Virus record (IMG/VR): IMGVR_UViG_3300013767_000053
Span: 1-47,960 of that record
Direction: 5' to 3' (one strand)
Length of the DNA: 47,960 nucleotides
Source: a virus
Taxonomy: Duplodnaviria > Caudoviricetes
Each line of letters starts with the position of its first letter. The stretch's first letter is position 1. Under the pieces are notes generated by a model, which was not told the origin of the DNA, did not search any database, and saw only the letters and a list, made by a program, of their open reading frames with translations. Position numbers and translations under genes: made by a program. Positions 26,001 to 35,577 of this stretch are shown one piece after another.

Positions 26001-29000
26001 TTCATCGAAAGCGGTATCAGCTACAACACTGACCCGTACATGGACGATGCGCGCGAGCAAATCGCCGATGAGAATGACGGCGACACCGACGAGGATATGG
26101 TGCTGGATCGCGCCCGTGAACTCGCTCAAGAAAATGGCGACGACAAGATTGACGGCGGCGTGTTCGGCATGATTGAGGCGATCCGCGACATGGCGGATGA
26201 ATATTTCGAAGTCAACGTTGACCAACTGGTGGAGGATTTGAGTGACGCTACCACGGAAGGAATGGACGCGGCGAAGCTTTTCGCGACTATGAAGGAAAGC
26301 GAGGGGCTTGCCTACGCGACCGATCAGGATCGGGGCGACCTCGCCTCGTCCGAAATCATCCGCCGCGCGTTCGAGGCGATCGGGTTTGACGGTTTCATTG
26401 ACGCAACGGTCAACGAGAAATTTGGTTCGGAAAAGCGTGTCGGCAAACAGATGGCCGGCATGGGCAAGGGCACGGTCCACTTTGTCGCCTTCCGTCCGGA
26501 GCAAGTGAAGTCTGTCAACAATCGCGGCACGTTCGATCCGAATGACCCGCGCCTGTTGTTCCAGTCGGGCGGCCCCGGCCCGCGCGGCGTGATTCAGTTT
26601 CCCGCTGCTGGCGTCGGCAACGGCGATACCGTGATCCGGCTGTTCCAGACGGCCGACCTTTCGACCATGCTGCACGAAAGCGGGCACTACTTCCTGACCG
26701 TCATGCAGGACATAGCGGCGCGCGGCGAGGCCGGCGCGTCGGCGGACTATGCCACGGTCAAGGCGTGGTGGGGCGAGAACGCCGCCGACGTGGCGGCCGA
26801 TGCCAAGCGGGTGATGCCTGACGTGGCGGTGACGGCGGATGATGTGAAAGCCGCGCTCGCCAACGGCACCACGGGCGACGTTATGAAGGACGCCGCGATC
26901 GATGTCGGCATGCAAGAGCAGTGGGCGCGAGCATTCGAGGCGTATTTGATGGAAGGCAAAGCGCCGTCCGCTGATCTGCGCTCGGCGTTCGAGAAGTTCC
27001 GCGCGTGGCTCATCTCGGTCTATCGCCGGCTGACCAGCCTCAACGTCACGATCTCGGACGACATTCGCGGGGTGTTCGATCGCATGATTGCGTCGGACGA
27101 GGAGATCGCCAAGGCGACGGCGGAAACCGGCGACGCCGGCCCGGTGTTTGCCACGGCCGAACAGATGGGTCTCACGGGAGAGCAGTATGCGGCCTTCCTC
27201 AAGCTGCGGGATCAGGCGCAGGAGGAGGCCAAGGCACGGTTGCTGCGCGAGACTATGGTCCCGATTAAACGGCAGCAGGAGAAATGGTTCAAAGAGGAGC
27301 GCAAGGCTGTCCGCGAACAGGTCGAGCGTGACGTCAACGCCTATCCCATGTTCCGCGCGCTGGAATGGATGGGCAACCGGCGATGGCTCGGCGAGGGCCA
27401 GCCGGAAGAAATGCCCGATATCCGCCTGTCCAAGGCCGTCATGGTCGAGCGCTACGGCGAGGGCGTTCTAAAGACCCTGCCGCGCGGCAAGCAGACCATT
27501 TACGCGCTGGAAGGCGGTCTAGACCCGGATGAGGCGGCGGGGTGGTTTGGCTTCCGCTCGGGCGATGAAATGGTGAAGGCGCTCGAAACCTCTCCAGGGC
27601 GCAAGGAGGCGATCGACGCGGAGACTGACAAGGTGATGCGCGATCGGCACGGTGACGCGCTGAATGACGGCGCGATCGAGGCTGAGGCGCTGGATGCGGT
27701 TCACGCCAGCGACAAGCGCGGCCTCTGGATCGCGGCCGAACTCAAAGCCGTGGTCGATGTCGCCGGGACCGGCAAGGCCATGACGATGAAAGAGGCGCGC
27801 GCCTCGGCCCGTGCGACGATCGCCAAGATGCGCGTTCGCGATGCCATGAACGCCAATCGGTTCCTGGCTGCGGAGCGGAAGGCGGCAGATGAGGCGGCAC
27901 GTCTGGGTGCGACCTTGGCGCGGGAAAAAATCTGGCTCGACAACGCGCGGCGGAAGGTCGGCACGGCGGCGCGTGCGGCTCTGCGCGGCGACGGGTCGGT
28001 TGAGGCGGTCGCCGATGCGATCGAGGCGAACAACGCGAAGTTCGAGACCACGATTGCGAGCTACACGGTCCCGGATCGCGAGGTCGTTGGCAAGGACGGC
28101 CAGACGCGAACGATCAATGGCGGCGAGCGGACGGCAACGAGCCTCGGTTACAACGAGCTCGTTGCCAAGCTGATCGACGCCAAGCGGCGACAACTGCTCA
28201 ACCATGCGTTCTATTCGGAGGCCCGCAAGGTTGCCGATGAAGTCGAGAAGGCGGAACGGTTCGTCGAAAAGCTCAACAAGAAATCGCACCGCGAGAAGAT
28301 CGCCGGGGCTGGCCGGCGCGACAACGCCCAGGTCGATTACCTCTCGGCGATCGATGAACTGTTGGAACGGTATGACTTCCGCCAGATGAGCGGGGCGGCC
28401 GAACAGCGGCGCGGATCGCTCAATGCGTTCATTGCCGCGATGACGGCGGCCGGCCGGGAGAATGAGCTTGCTATTCCCGAAAGCGTCCTGGCCGACGCGG
28501 CGAGCAAGCCCTACAAGACACTGCCGGTTGAAGAACTGCGCGGCGTGGTCGATAGCCTCAAGAACCTGGAGCATATCGCGCTCCGCTGGAACAAGCTGAT
28601 CGATGCGCAGCATGAACGCGAGTTCTCGGCGACGGCCGAAAGCATCGCGGAAGCGATCGACAAGAACCTCCCGAAGCGCCAGCCCGGTGCAGTCAAGACG
28701 AAGGGCGAGCGGGCGCACAATACGGCGCGCGCCTATCTCGATATGGTCCTCAATGCGACGACGCTCCTGCGTGAGATGGATGGGTTTAAGGACCGGGGCG
28801 CGACGTATCAGGCGATCAAGGCTCCGCTGGACGAGGCGGCGAGCCGCCTGATCGTTCGCAAGCAGGATGCCGCCACGGCGCTGGAAGGGCTGTATGAGGT
28901 CTATTCCAAGGACGAGCGCCGCGCCATGTCGGTGCGGACCCACATGCCGGAACTCGGGTTCGCTCTCTCGAAATGGGAGAAGATCGCGCTCGCGTTGAAC

Positions 29001-30731
29001 ACGGGCAACGAGGGCAATCTTTCCCGTCTCACAGATCCTCGGGCGCGTCGGCCGTTCACCATGGATCAGGTCAACGCGGTCCTCGCCGGCCTCGACGAGC
29101 GGGACGCCGATTTCATCCAATCGGTCTGGGACTACGTCGGCACGTTCAAGGGCGACATCGCCGCCCGCGAGCGGCGCGCAACCGGCGTCGAGCCGGCTTG
29201 GGTCGAGCCGTCGCCGGTCATGATCGGCGGCAAGCAACTGGCGGGCGGCTATTACCCGATCAAGTACGATACGCGGCTGTCCTCGACGGCGGCGGATCGC
29301 GAGACGGTCGATATCGCCAACTCGCTTGCGGCCGGCCGGTTCGGCAAGGCACAGACGCGCAACGGCCATTTGAAGGAGCGCGCGGCGGCCGGGGACGGGT
29401 CGATCGACCTGGATATGGCTGTCATGCACAAGCACGTCAATCAGGTGATCTATGACCTGGAGATGAGCGAGCCGGTCGCGAATGCTTGGCGGCTGATCCA
29501 GGACGGCCGGGTTCGCTCGGCCCTCGACGACGCCGGCCGATCCTCGGACTTCGACGCGCTGCAAGCGTGGCTCAAGGATGCGGCCGAGGGCGAGCTTGGC
29601 GCAACCAGCCAAATCGGCGCGGTCATGCGCGGGCTCAAATCGAACTTCACGGCGGCCAAGCTGGCGTTCAACCTCTCGAACGCTGTCCTCCAGCTTGCCG
29701 GCGTCGCTCAGTCGTTCGTCGTCGTCGGCAAGAAGGACATGGCCATCGGCATCATGAAGGTGGCCCGGAGCCCGCGCGATGTCGCCAATGAGGTCGCGGC
29801 CAAGTCGCCGTTCATGGCGAGCCGTCAGACGACGTTCAACAAGGACGTGATGGACTTCTATAGCGATCCTACGGACGGCATGACGGCCTCCAGGCTGCAA
29901 GAGTTTAAGCGGAATATCTGGGGACCGCTCTCGTTCTGGCTGATGCAGAAGGTGCAATGGCACTTCGCGGACGTGCCAACGTGGGTTGCTGGCTACGAGC
30001 AGGGCATGCGGAAGTTCGGCAACGATCAGGCGCAGGCGATCGCGCACGCCGATAGCCTGGTCAAGCGGGCTCAGGCGTCGGGCCTGTTCGTCGATCGCAC
30101 GGGCATCGAGCGCGGTTCGCTGTCGTCGCGCCAGCGGCAGAACGATTTCGTCAAGCTGTTCTCGACGCTGGGCAGCTATATGTTCGCCAAGTTCAACGTC
30201 GCCTATGAGCGCACGGCCACTGCCTCGCGCACTGTCCGCGATGAGGGGGTGTCCGCCAAGTCGGCGCAGGAGGTCGCTAGCTGGACCCTCGACATGATGC
30301 TCCTGTTCACCCTGGAGGCGCTGATCGGGGCGGCGATCAAAGGGCAATTGCCGAAAGGCGATGGGGGCGACGACGACGAAACCTGGACGGCGTTCCTAGC
30401 GAAGCAAACGGCGTTCTCGGCTCTCGGCACGTTGCCGTTCATCCGCGATATGTCGTCGGCGCTGCAAGGCCATGGCGGCGGCGGGGCCTTGGGCAGTTTG
30501 ATGGAGGAGAGCGCCAAGGGCATCATCTCTGCCGGCAAGCTGCTTGCCGCGCCGTTCTCGAACGACAAGGAAGTGAAGGCGTCCGACATCAAGAACATCG
30601 TGAACGCGACGGGCGTTGCGACCGGCGCGCCTACAGTGTTCACGAACAGGATCGTTGACGCAGGCTGGCGTCAGTCGGAAGGCGAGGACGTGTCCCCGCT
30701 TGAATACGTGTTCGGGAAATTTAAGAAATAA
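23082..30731 (+). CDS. Giant internal virion polyvalent protein with ART-PolyVal-like and HExxH metallopeptidase-like domains
   Basis: FKAWFGKSKVVD…PLVVYHGS…GFYFS…YLSIQNP…GFDG…AFRPEQVKS.NNRGTFD; ADLSTMLHESGHYFL. Confidence 0.88.
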   Translation: MDTIADYTAWKATRQQNEIEAASAVLTGVDSSPDEIAGDLNLANDYGKVTGNPVPPAPMVSEYRPIFQQAIEREKNRTILSSAPRLTEWLRNPENAAVARDDLSGLSWWETVMGAGQNAFSRGVQRIPQSYNQFLANSSAERAQDQMRGFSEILWDQTAIRGADGNPVAWKPIANPVDLMNAGTRYLTSRLSGLFGGDDQKAAAYYQQQVGLINKRIAEIPLSPAGSEGRDLWNEASKSGDLGSFMRVIAKHPGAFSAFVAETAAESLPSLAAAIGVGVATRSPGAAATFMGVNSAAVEKGSAPSDFFREKGIDISTPEGAAKAVSDPALMREAIKRGDARGLVIGLMDGLSGGVAGKMLVQSRAGNMVLQSITQALMGAAGEAGGQIAAGQEFSLGDILLEGFAEFAGAPVEVAGMGGARLLDEARKAKAAGDRRSLFEALSGQAQSSILRGRMPDKFRQFVEAATADGPVENVYVPANQFVQYFQSIGVDPHALVDDLDGVTRDDLDAALAGGGDLQIPTATYAARIAGSEHDAFLMDNMRFDPDQFTAVEAAEFNARAQEALQEAHDVAERVRVEAEQLRSFEQEIYDAMVSRLRAAGRSTDVATTEAMLYPAFYRVMAERSGMTTEEFLQRYPLPEVKGDIPEGIQYKNVDELNRTLAEARSRKATRDNRQTLLEFIDQHGGINDVGGELKARNAETVSRGKSKKSLKLARKGLMAGARDLLGGVGGSGKKHGADDVALAAIAAGFMADDPAVDEYKAALAEGREVPDIVGPLWEAIDRELRGEPQYSANEQADPAVARAAELDEIEAYLSGLGVTLADDDATIRQAIDGARQYAQAPAVGSDAFKAWFGKSKVVDAKKKPLVVYHGSTADFDAFDRARSNPESDLGGGFYFSNTPGDVEANYAGEGPDLTNKIQREAERIAGETDRDYSDPDVIAEAKERLGVQHDGATYPVYLSIQNPVFLGGKTSTFIESGISYNTDPYMDDAREQIADENDGDTDEDMVLDRARELAQENGDDKIDGGVFGMIEAIRDMADEYFEVNVDQLVEDLSDATTEGMDAAKLFATMKESEGLAYATDQDRGDLASSEIIRRAFEAIGFDGFIDATVNEKFGSEKRVGKQMAGMGKGTVHFVAFRPEQVKSVNNRGTFDPNDPRLLFQSGGPGPRGVIQFPAAGVGNGDTVIRLFQTADLSTMLHESGHYFLTVMQDIAARGEAGASADYATVKAWWGENAADVAADAKRVMPDVAVTADDVKAALANGTTGDVMKDAAIDVGMQEQWARAFEAYLMEGKAPSADLRSAFEKFRAWLISVYRRLTSLNVTISDDIRGVFDRMIASDEEIAKATAETGDAGPVFATAEQMGLTGEQYAAFLKLRDQAQEEAKARLLRETMVPIKRQQEKWFKEERKAVREQVERDVNAYPMFRALEWMGNRRWLGEGQPEEMPDIRLSKAVMVERYGEGVLKTLPRGKQTIYALEGGLDPDEAAGWFGFRSGDEMVKALETSPGRKEAIDAETDKVMRDRHGDALNDGAIEAEALDAVHASDKRGLWIAAELKAVVDVAGTGKAMTMKEARASARATIAKMRVRDAMNANRFLAAERKAADEAARLGATLAREKIWLDNARRKVGTAARAALRGDGSVEAVADAIEANNAKFETTIASYTVPDREVVGKDGQTRTINGGERTATSLGYNELVAKLIDAKRRQLLNHAFYSEARKVADEVEKAERFVEKLNKKSHREKIAGAGRRDNAQVDYLSAIDELLERYDFRQMSGAAEQRRGSLNAFIAAMTAAGRENELAIPESVLADAASKPYKTLPVEELRGVVDSLKNLEHIALRWNKLIDAQHEREFSATAESIAEAIDKNLPKRQPGAVKTKGERAHNTARAYLDMVLNATTLLREMDGFKDRGATYQAIKAPLDEAASRLIVRKQDAATALEGLYEVYSKDERRAMSVRTHMPELGFALSKWEKIALALNTGNEGNLSRLTDPRARRPFTMDQVNAVLAGLDERDADFIQSVWDYVGTFKGDIAARERRATGVEPAWVEPSPVMIGGKQLAGGYYPIKYDTRLSSTAADRETVDIANSLAAGRFGKAQTRNGHLKERAAAGDGSIDLDMAVMHKHVNQVIYDLEMSEPVANAWRLIQDGRVRSALDDAGRSSDFDALQAWLKDAAEGELGATSQIGAVMRGLKSNFTAAKLAFNLSNAVLQLAGVAQSFVVVGKKDMAIGIMKVARSPRDVANEVAAKSPFMASRQTTFNKDVMDFYSDPTDGMTASRLQEFKRNIWGPLSFWLMQKVQWHFADVPTWVAGYEQGMRKFGNDQAQAIAHADSLVKRAQASGLFVDRTGIERGSLSSRQRQNDFVKLFSTLGSYMFAKFNVAYERTATASRTVRDEGVSAKSAQEVASWTLDMMLLFTLEALIGAAIKGQLPKGDGGDDDETWTAFLAKQTAFSALGTLPFIRDMSSALQGHGGGGALGSLMEESAKGIISAGKLLAAPFSNDKEVKASDIKNIVNATGVATGAPTVFTNRIVDAGWRQSEGEDVSPLEYVFGKFKK

Positions 30732-30778
30732 CCGTCCATCGCCCATGGTCTCGCCAATCTCAAAACTGGCGGGGCCTC

Positions 30779-33016
30779 ATGACTGTTGCAAGCGAAGTAA
30801 ACCGTTCCGGCCCGTACATCGGCAATGGTGTAACGACCGTCTTTCCCTATGGGTTCCGCATCCTGAACGCGGCGCATTTGACCGTCATCCGCGAGCAGGC
30901 TGGGGTCGAGACCGCCTTGACGCTTGGGGCGGGCTATACCGTGTCGGACGTTGGCGATGCAGGCGGCGGTTCGATCACACTGGCTGCTGCGCCAAGTGCT
31001 GCGCAGACGATCACGATCTTGCGCAATGCGCCGTTCACGCAGGAAACCGAACTCGAAAATCAGGGCCCATACTTCGCAAAAACAATTGAAGCGGCGTTTG
31101 ATCTCGCCGCCATGCGTGACCAGCAGTTGAGCGAGCGTGTCGATCGCGCGCTCGCAATCCCGGCCTCCGCTGATCCCAGCGCACTTAGCAGTATGATCGA
31201 TGACGTATTGCGGCTTGCCGATAGCGCGAACAACATCGACCTCGTTGCGGGGAGCATCGCAAATGTCGCGGTCGTTGCGGGCGTTGCTGATGATGTGAGA
31301 AAGGTCGCAGCGGTCGCGGATGAACTGGAGTCGGCGCTATTCATCCAGGAAGGTGTGGGCGCAGTAACGCGCACGATGCAGGACAAGGCCCGCGAGAGGG
31401 TTAGCGCGGCGGATTTCCGGGCGGTCATCGATATCGATGATACGAACGCTATACAGAGAGCAATCGATTCGCTGGCCGTGAAAGGTGGAATTGTCGATCT
31501 CCCGGCTGGCAATTTGACAATTTCGGCAAAGATCACGATTGCCCGGCCTGGGATCACGATCCGCGGGGCAGGCCGCGAAGCAACAATTATCACGTCCAGT
31601 TCGGCGAGCCATTCGCTTCAAATCAACAGCGGATTTAGGGGGACAACGCTTCTCGGGTTTAAGCTGACCAGAACGACGGTGGCCGGGGTGGGGCAGAATG
31701 GTGTCCACTGTGTTGGCCTTTGCGAAGTGCTCCGCTTCGATGACGTTTACGTGGAAAACCATTATATTGGTTATCGGTTCGGAACGACCAGCTATTCCTA
31801 TATTCACAACTGCATAGCGTCTGACAATTACAACGACGGGTTCTATTTCACGAACGAGGATGGAATAGGAACCGGATGCCAGTACACTTTGAGCAAATTG
31901 CTGTCGCAGCAGAACGATGGCTTTGGCTATAGCTTCCGCGCTGTCACCGCAAGTATGTCAGTAGGCGATTGGCTCAATCTGACCACGTATGCCAACAAGC
32001 TCGGGGGCTTCAACCTTCAGGGTGCGCCGACGTATGGCGTAAACGCCATTCGCTGGGTCGGCGGCATCGTCGGCGAAGATGGCAAGCACGGCGCGCTGTT
32101 CAACACCTACAACGGATCGACGCACCGAATTGCCGGCGTGACTTTTGAGATCGCGGGAACGTCGCTGTGCGGCCGACATCTCAGCAGCCCTGTGACCCAT
32201 CAGGGGAACGGCGCAAACGTCACGATAAACAATGGGTACATCAAGTTCACCGATTGCGTGTTCATCGGTAATTCGTGGAGCGGAACATATGCGGCTGGGA
32301 CAAAGACCCAATTTGTCGGCTGTCAATGGCGCGTGAATGGTCACGCCAATCTAAACGGTGAAGAGAACGGTCTCTATGCAGATGGCCCTGTCGAGGTCGT
32401 TGGGTGCGTTGCGGACGGTAATCCGGCCTTCGGTCTATTCTTGGGGGTCGATGGGCATACGATCATTGGCAACGACCTCACCGGCAACATTGACGGCATT
32501 GGCTTTGCGGTACCGCAGATTGCGTCGAAGATTGCTTTGAACAGAGGGACCGGCGTCAACGTCAACCACAACCCAGGAACCCCTACCAATGACAATGCGA
32601 CGGCGGGCAATGTCGGGGAATATATCGAAAGCGTCGTCGCATCTGGTTCAGCCGCCGCGTTGACTAGTGGTGTTGTTGGTAATCTGACCTTTCTAGACCT
32701 CGCGCCGGGCGATTGGGAAGTGGGGGCCGTATTCCAATTCTCTGGTGGAGCGACGACGGATCTGTCGAGCATCGCTGGGTCTATATCTCTAACATCTGCG
32801 GTCCACGACTTTTCGAGCGGCAGGGGCCTAGCGGCAGCATACGCCGGTATAAAGCCGTTCAATCAGATTGCGGCCGGACAGCCGATCAGTCTGCCGGTCG
32901 CGCAAGTGAGAATAAGCTTGGCGGTCGCAACGAGGGTTTACGCCGTCAGATCATCCATCTTCAGCACAAGCAACTGTAGCGCATTCGGAATGATCCGCGC
33001 GCGCCGCGTTCGATGA
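30779..33016 (+). CDS. Tail fibre/tailspike with pectate-lyase-like beta-helix
   Basis: N-terminal GNGVTTVFPYGF anchor; RTMQDKARERVSAADF, DDTNAIQRAID…LPAG, parallel beta-helix repeats; GNVGEY…IRARRVR C-domain. Confidence 0.9.
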   Translation: MTVASEVNRSGPYIGNGVTTVFPYGFRILNAAHLTVIREQAGVETALTLGAGYTVSDVGDAGGGSITLAAAPSAAQTITILRNAPFTQETELENQGPYFAKTIEAAFDLAAMRDQQLSERVDRALAIPASADPSALSSMIDDVLRLADSANNIDLVAGSIANVAVVAGVADDVRKVAAVADELESALFIQEGVGAVTRTMQDKARERVSAADFRAVIDIDDTNAIQRAIDSLAVKGGIVDLPAGNLTISAKITIARPGITIRGAGREATIITSSSASHSLQINSGFRGTTLLGFKLTRTTVAGVGQNGVHCVGLCEVLRFDDVYVENHYIGYRFGTTSYSYIHNCIASDNYNDGFYFTNEDGIGTGCQYTLSKLLSQQNDGFGYSFRAVTASMSVGDWLNLTTYANKLGGFNLQGAPTYGVNAIRWVGGIVGEDGKHGALFNTYNGSTHRIAGVTFEIAGTSLCGRHLSSPVTHQGNGANVTINNGYIKFTDCVFIGNSWSGTYAAGTKTQFVGCQWRVNGHANLNGEENGLYADGPVEVVGCVADGNPAFGLFLGVDGHTIIGNDLTGNIDGIGFAVPQIASKIALNRGTGVNVNHNPGTPTNDNATAGNVGEYIESVVASGSAAALTSGVVGNLTFLDLAPGDWEVGAVFQFSGGATTDLSSIAGSISLTSAVHDFSSGRGLAAAYAGIKPFNQIAAGQPISLPVAQVRISLAVATRVYAVRSSIFSTSNCSAFGMIRARRVR

Positions 33017-33898
33017 CTATTTGAAATAGTGCGCGATGCGTCTGCCAGCATATTTCGCGATGTCGCGCCAGCCTAAGAGATCGGGCGCGACAACGCGGTC
33101 AACTTTCTCTATCCGATCGACGTACTCAACATGACGCTCCGAACGAGGCTCTCTCGGCGGCACTACTCGCGGCTTCGCGAAAGCTAGGTTCATTTCCACG
33201 AAATCCTTGAACGGGTGTCCTGGCTTGAATGCTAGGAAGATGCTGCGCTGATTGCCGTGGCCGGGGTTTTCAAACTCCAATGTCGTTTCATACCCAAGCC
33301 GCTTGAAGATCGCGTGCATGAGGATCGAGTTGGGACCCCACCCATTTTCGGGGTATCCAGGCGGGGGCTTTTCGCCGGGAAAGAAGTTCATGACAGGGCG
33401 GGGGTTGTCGCAATTATCTATGAAGGTCTCGACCGTGACGACATGGTTTGCAATTTTGGTCGCCAACTCCAGGCCAAGGAGCGGGTTGAATACGTGATAC
33501 CAAATGCCGTTGAAAAGGACGATGTCATGCTTGCCGACGCGATCAACGGTCATGTCCGGAATATCGATATCGATGTTATCGACGCGAGAATTCAGGACTC
33601 TATGCGCGTAATCAAATCCTGCCTTGGTGCCCCATCCTTTACCGCTCCAACAGAAATGATCCGCGGCAAGAACGCGCGCAGCGCCGCGCTTTTCAGCCTC
33701 GAACGAGTAATAGCCATCCCAAGCGCCGACATCCAGGACGGTACGGTTCTCTAAGCCCATCGCGAAAAGGACGTCCGCGGTGGCTTTCAGGCCGTCGATT
33801 TTGGCGAAGCCGTCTGTAAGATTGCCGTCGCCAAGATCAATTTGGTGGAACCACGTGATCTTTTCTTGTTTCGTTTCGGCACGTTCCGCGCGTAGCAT
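33017..33898 (-). CDS. Class I SAM-dependent methyltransferase (DUF1698/CmoB-like), moron
   Basis: WFHQIDLG, TVLDVGAWDGYYSFEAEKRGA, DIVLFNGIWYH..NP; antisense to the late operon. Confidence 0.85.
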   Translation of the reverse strand: MLRAERAETKQEKITWFHQIDLGDGNLTDGFAKIDGLKATADVLFAMGLENRTVLDVGAWDGYYSFEAEKRGAARVLAADHFCWSGKGWGTKAGFDYAHRVLNSRVDNIDIDIPDMTVDRVGKHDIVLFNGIWYHVFNPLLGLELATKIANHVVTVETFIDNCDNPRPVMNFFPGEKPPPGYPENGWGPNSILMHAIFKRLGYETTLEFENPGHGNQRSIFLAFKPGHPFKDFVEMNLAFAKPRVVPPREPRSERHVEYVDRIEKVDRVVAPDLLGWRDIAKYAGRRIAHYFK

Positions 33899-34024
33899 TT
33901 CCTATCTCCAACTCGTTTTAGCTGAAACCATACAGGCCGACCTTACATTCAGCAAGACGGCGTTTTTCTTAGCCCCAACCATCTTGCGATATGAAGCGGC
34001 GAACTTTGCGGGGCTGGGCGAGTT

Positions 34025-34300
34025 ATGGATACCGAGACGCGGGCGGAAATCGACAAGCTCCATGGGAGGGTCAGCGACTTGAAAGAGCGTGTGGTCAACC
34101 TGGAGGCACAACAGCCGCACACTGCCGCAGCGCTGGGCCGGATCGAGCGAAGCGTTGATAAGCTCAACGGCCACATCAGCAAGGCGATCTGGCTGGTGAT
34201 CGCCCTGTTCCTCGCCGTCGTTGTCAAATTTACCGTCGATGGTGGCTGGACGGCGCACACTCAACATCCTGCTCCGATCTCGCGCGAGTTTAAGCAATAA
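34025..34300 (+). CDS. Coiled-coil plus single-TM protein (XhlA-like or holin-associated)
   Basis: Heptad N-terminus followed by IWLVIALFLAVVV. Confidence 0.65.
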   Translation: MDTETRAEIDKLHGRVSDLKERVVNLEAQQPHTAAALGRIERSVDKLNGHISKAIWLVIALFLAVVVKFTVDGGWTAHTQHPAPISREFKQ

Positions 34301-34341
34301 CCCTTGCCGGCGCATGGTGCGGCCTTTCAATGGAGGTTCCC

Positions 34342-34710
34342 ATGCTCAACGCAATTGCTATCCTCGCCGCGCTGTTCGTCGTCATCATCGGGTACGCGCT
34401 GATCCTGCGGCCGATCCTGCGCCGCATTCCGCAGTTCCAGGAATTCTATGACGACGCCGATGGCTTTTGGGGCAAGGTCTGGGCCTATTGCGGCGGCTCC
34501 GTCACGATCGCCTGGAGCTACATTCTTAGCGGTATCGGCATCGCGTTCTCGCTCCTCGACAAGATCGGCCCGCTGCTCGGCGATCCGGACTTGAACTTGC
34601 AGCAAATGATCGTGGATGTGCTCAAGGACAAGCCGCAGATCGCGGGCCATGTCGTGTTCGCCTTCGGGCTGATAACGCTGTTCACTCGTCTGCGCAGCCT
34701 CTTGCGGTAG
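34342..34710 (+). CDS. Multi-TM membrane protein, putative holin
   Basis: GGAGG RBS; three hydrophobic segments. Confidence 0.6.
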   Translation: MLNAIAILAALFVVIIGYALILRPILRRIPQFQEFYDDADGFWGKVWAYCGGSVTIAWSYILSGIGIAFSLLDKIGPLLGDPDLNLQQMIVDVLKDKPQIAGHVVFAFGLITLFTRLRSLLR

Positions 34711-34720
34711 GAGGCGGGCG

Positions 34721-35125
34721 ATGAATTGGCTGATCGGTCTAGTTACGGGCGGCGTCGGAACGGCGATCAAGGAATTGGCCGGCCCGCTCGAACGCGCCTA
34801 CCAGGCGAAGCTCAACGCGAAGAACGACGCGGATCGGCTGGAAGCCGAAAAACAAATCGAGTTCTTCAAGGGGCAAATGGCGCTGGCTCAAGCGGCGGTG
34901 GCCAATGATAAATGGTGGTCTACCCGCGAACTGATCGGCAAGTTCGCTTGCGCCTACGTGTTCAAGATTGTGGTGTGGGATACCGTGCTGCAACTCGGTG
35001 TGACGCCTGATCCTGGCCCGCAAGTGACCGGGATCGTCATGCTGGTCCTTGGCTTCTATTTCGGCAGCAAGGCCGCAACGGATATCGCGGCTCGCCTTCT
35101 CGGGGCCTTCGCGAGGCGCTACTAG
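34721..35125 (+). CDS. Putative 3TM (GTA-type) holin
   Basis: AGGAGG RBS; VLGFYFG motif near the C-terminus. Confidence 0.6.
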   Translation: MNWLIGLVTGGVGTAIKELAGPLERAYQAKLNAKNDADRLEAEKQIEFFKGQMALAQAAVANDKWWSTRELIGKFACAYVFKIVVWDTVLQLGVTPDPGPQVTGIVMLVLGFYFGSKAATDIAARLLGAFARRY

Positions 35126-35478
35126 GCGGCGCGGCGGCGAACCGGCTTCACCAGGATTTCGCCGCGCGGCAATGAGCCCTTGTCTTTCAGGATCGTGATG
35201 GCCTTCTGCGGCGGCATGTAGGAACGGCGGCCGGGGCGGGCGGCCTCGTCCTCGGTCTGATACTTCAACTCCAGCCGGCAAAGCTCAGTCCAGAGATTGA
35301 GTTCCTTCGCATCAGAGCGCTCGCGGCGCAGGGCGCGGAACAGGTCATAGAGTTCGGCCCCGCGCTGCATCCTGCGATTGTTGAACGTCTGGCGGCAAGT
35401 GGAGGAGCAGAACATTTGGCCGTTGCGCCGGCCGCCCATGGGGCCTCCGCATTCTTGGCACTGGTGAGGCTTGGACAT
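35122..35478 (-). CDS. Zinc-finger (CxxC…FCSxxC) protein
   Basis: CQECG…FCSSTCR…NNRR..RGAELYD; AGGAG RBS; own operator upstream. Confidence 0.75.
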   Translation of the reverse strand: MSKPHQCQECGGPMGGRRNGQMFCSSTCRQTFNNRRMQRGAELYDLFRALRRERSDAKELNLWTELCRLELKYQTEDEAARPGRRSYMPPQKAITILKDKGSLPRGEILVKPVRRRAA

Positions 35479-35543
35479 GATCGGCGGCTCCTGATGCAGA
35501 AAGGGGCGGCGCGTCTAAACGCCGTCCCCTGTTGTTGCACAAT

Positions 35544-35560
35544 GTTGTGAAAATCACAAC
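35544..35560. promoter_or_regulatory. Operator GTTGTGAAAATCACAAC
   Basis: Perfect arms; identical to 39169-39185. Confidence 0.8.
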
Positions 35561-35577
35561 AGCAAAGTTAAGCCCTT

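Noticed and set aside
30779-35125. Diversity-generating retroelement, expected from the BPP-1-like architecture
   Set aside because: No reverse transcriptase ORF and no template/variable repeat pair seen near the tail gene.
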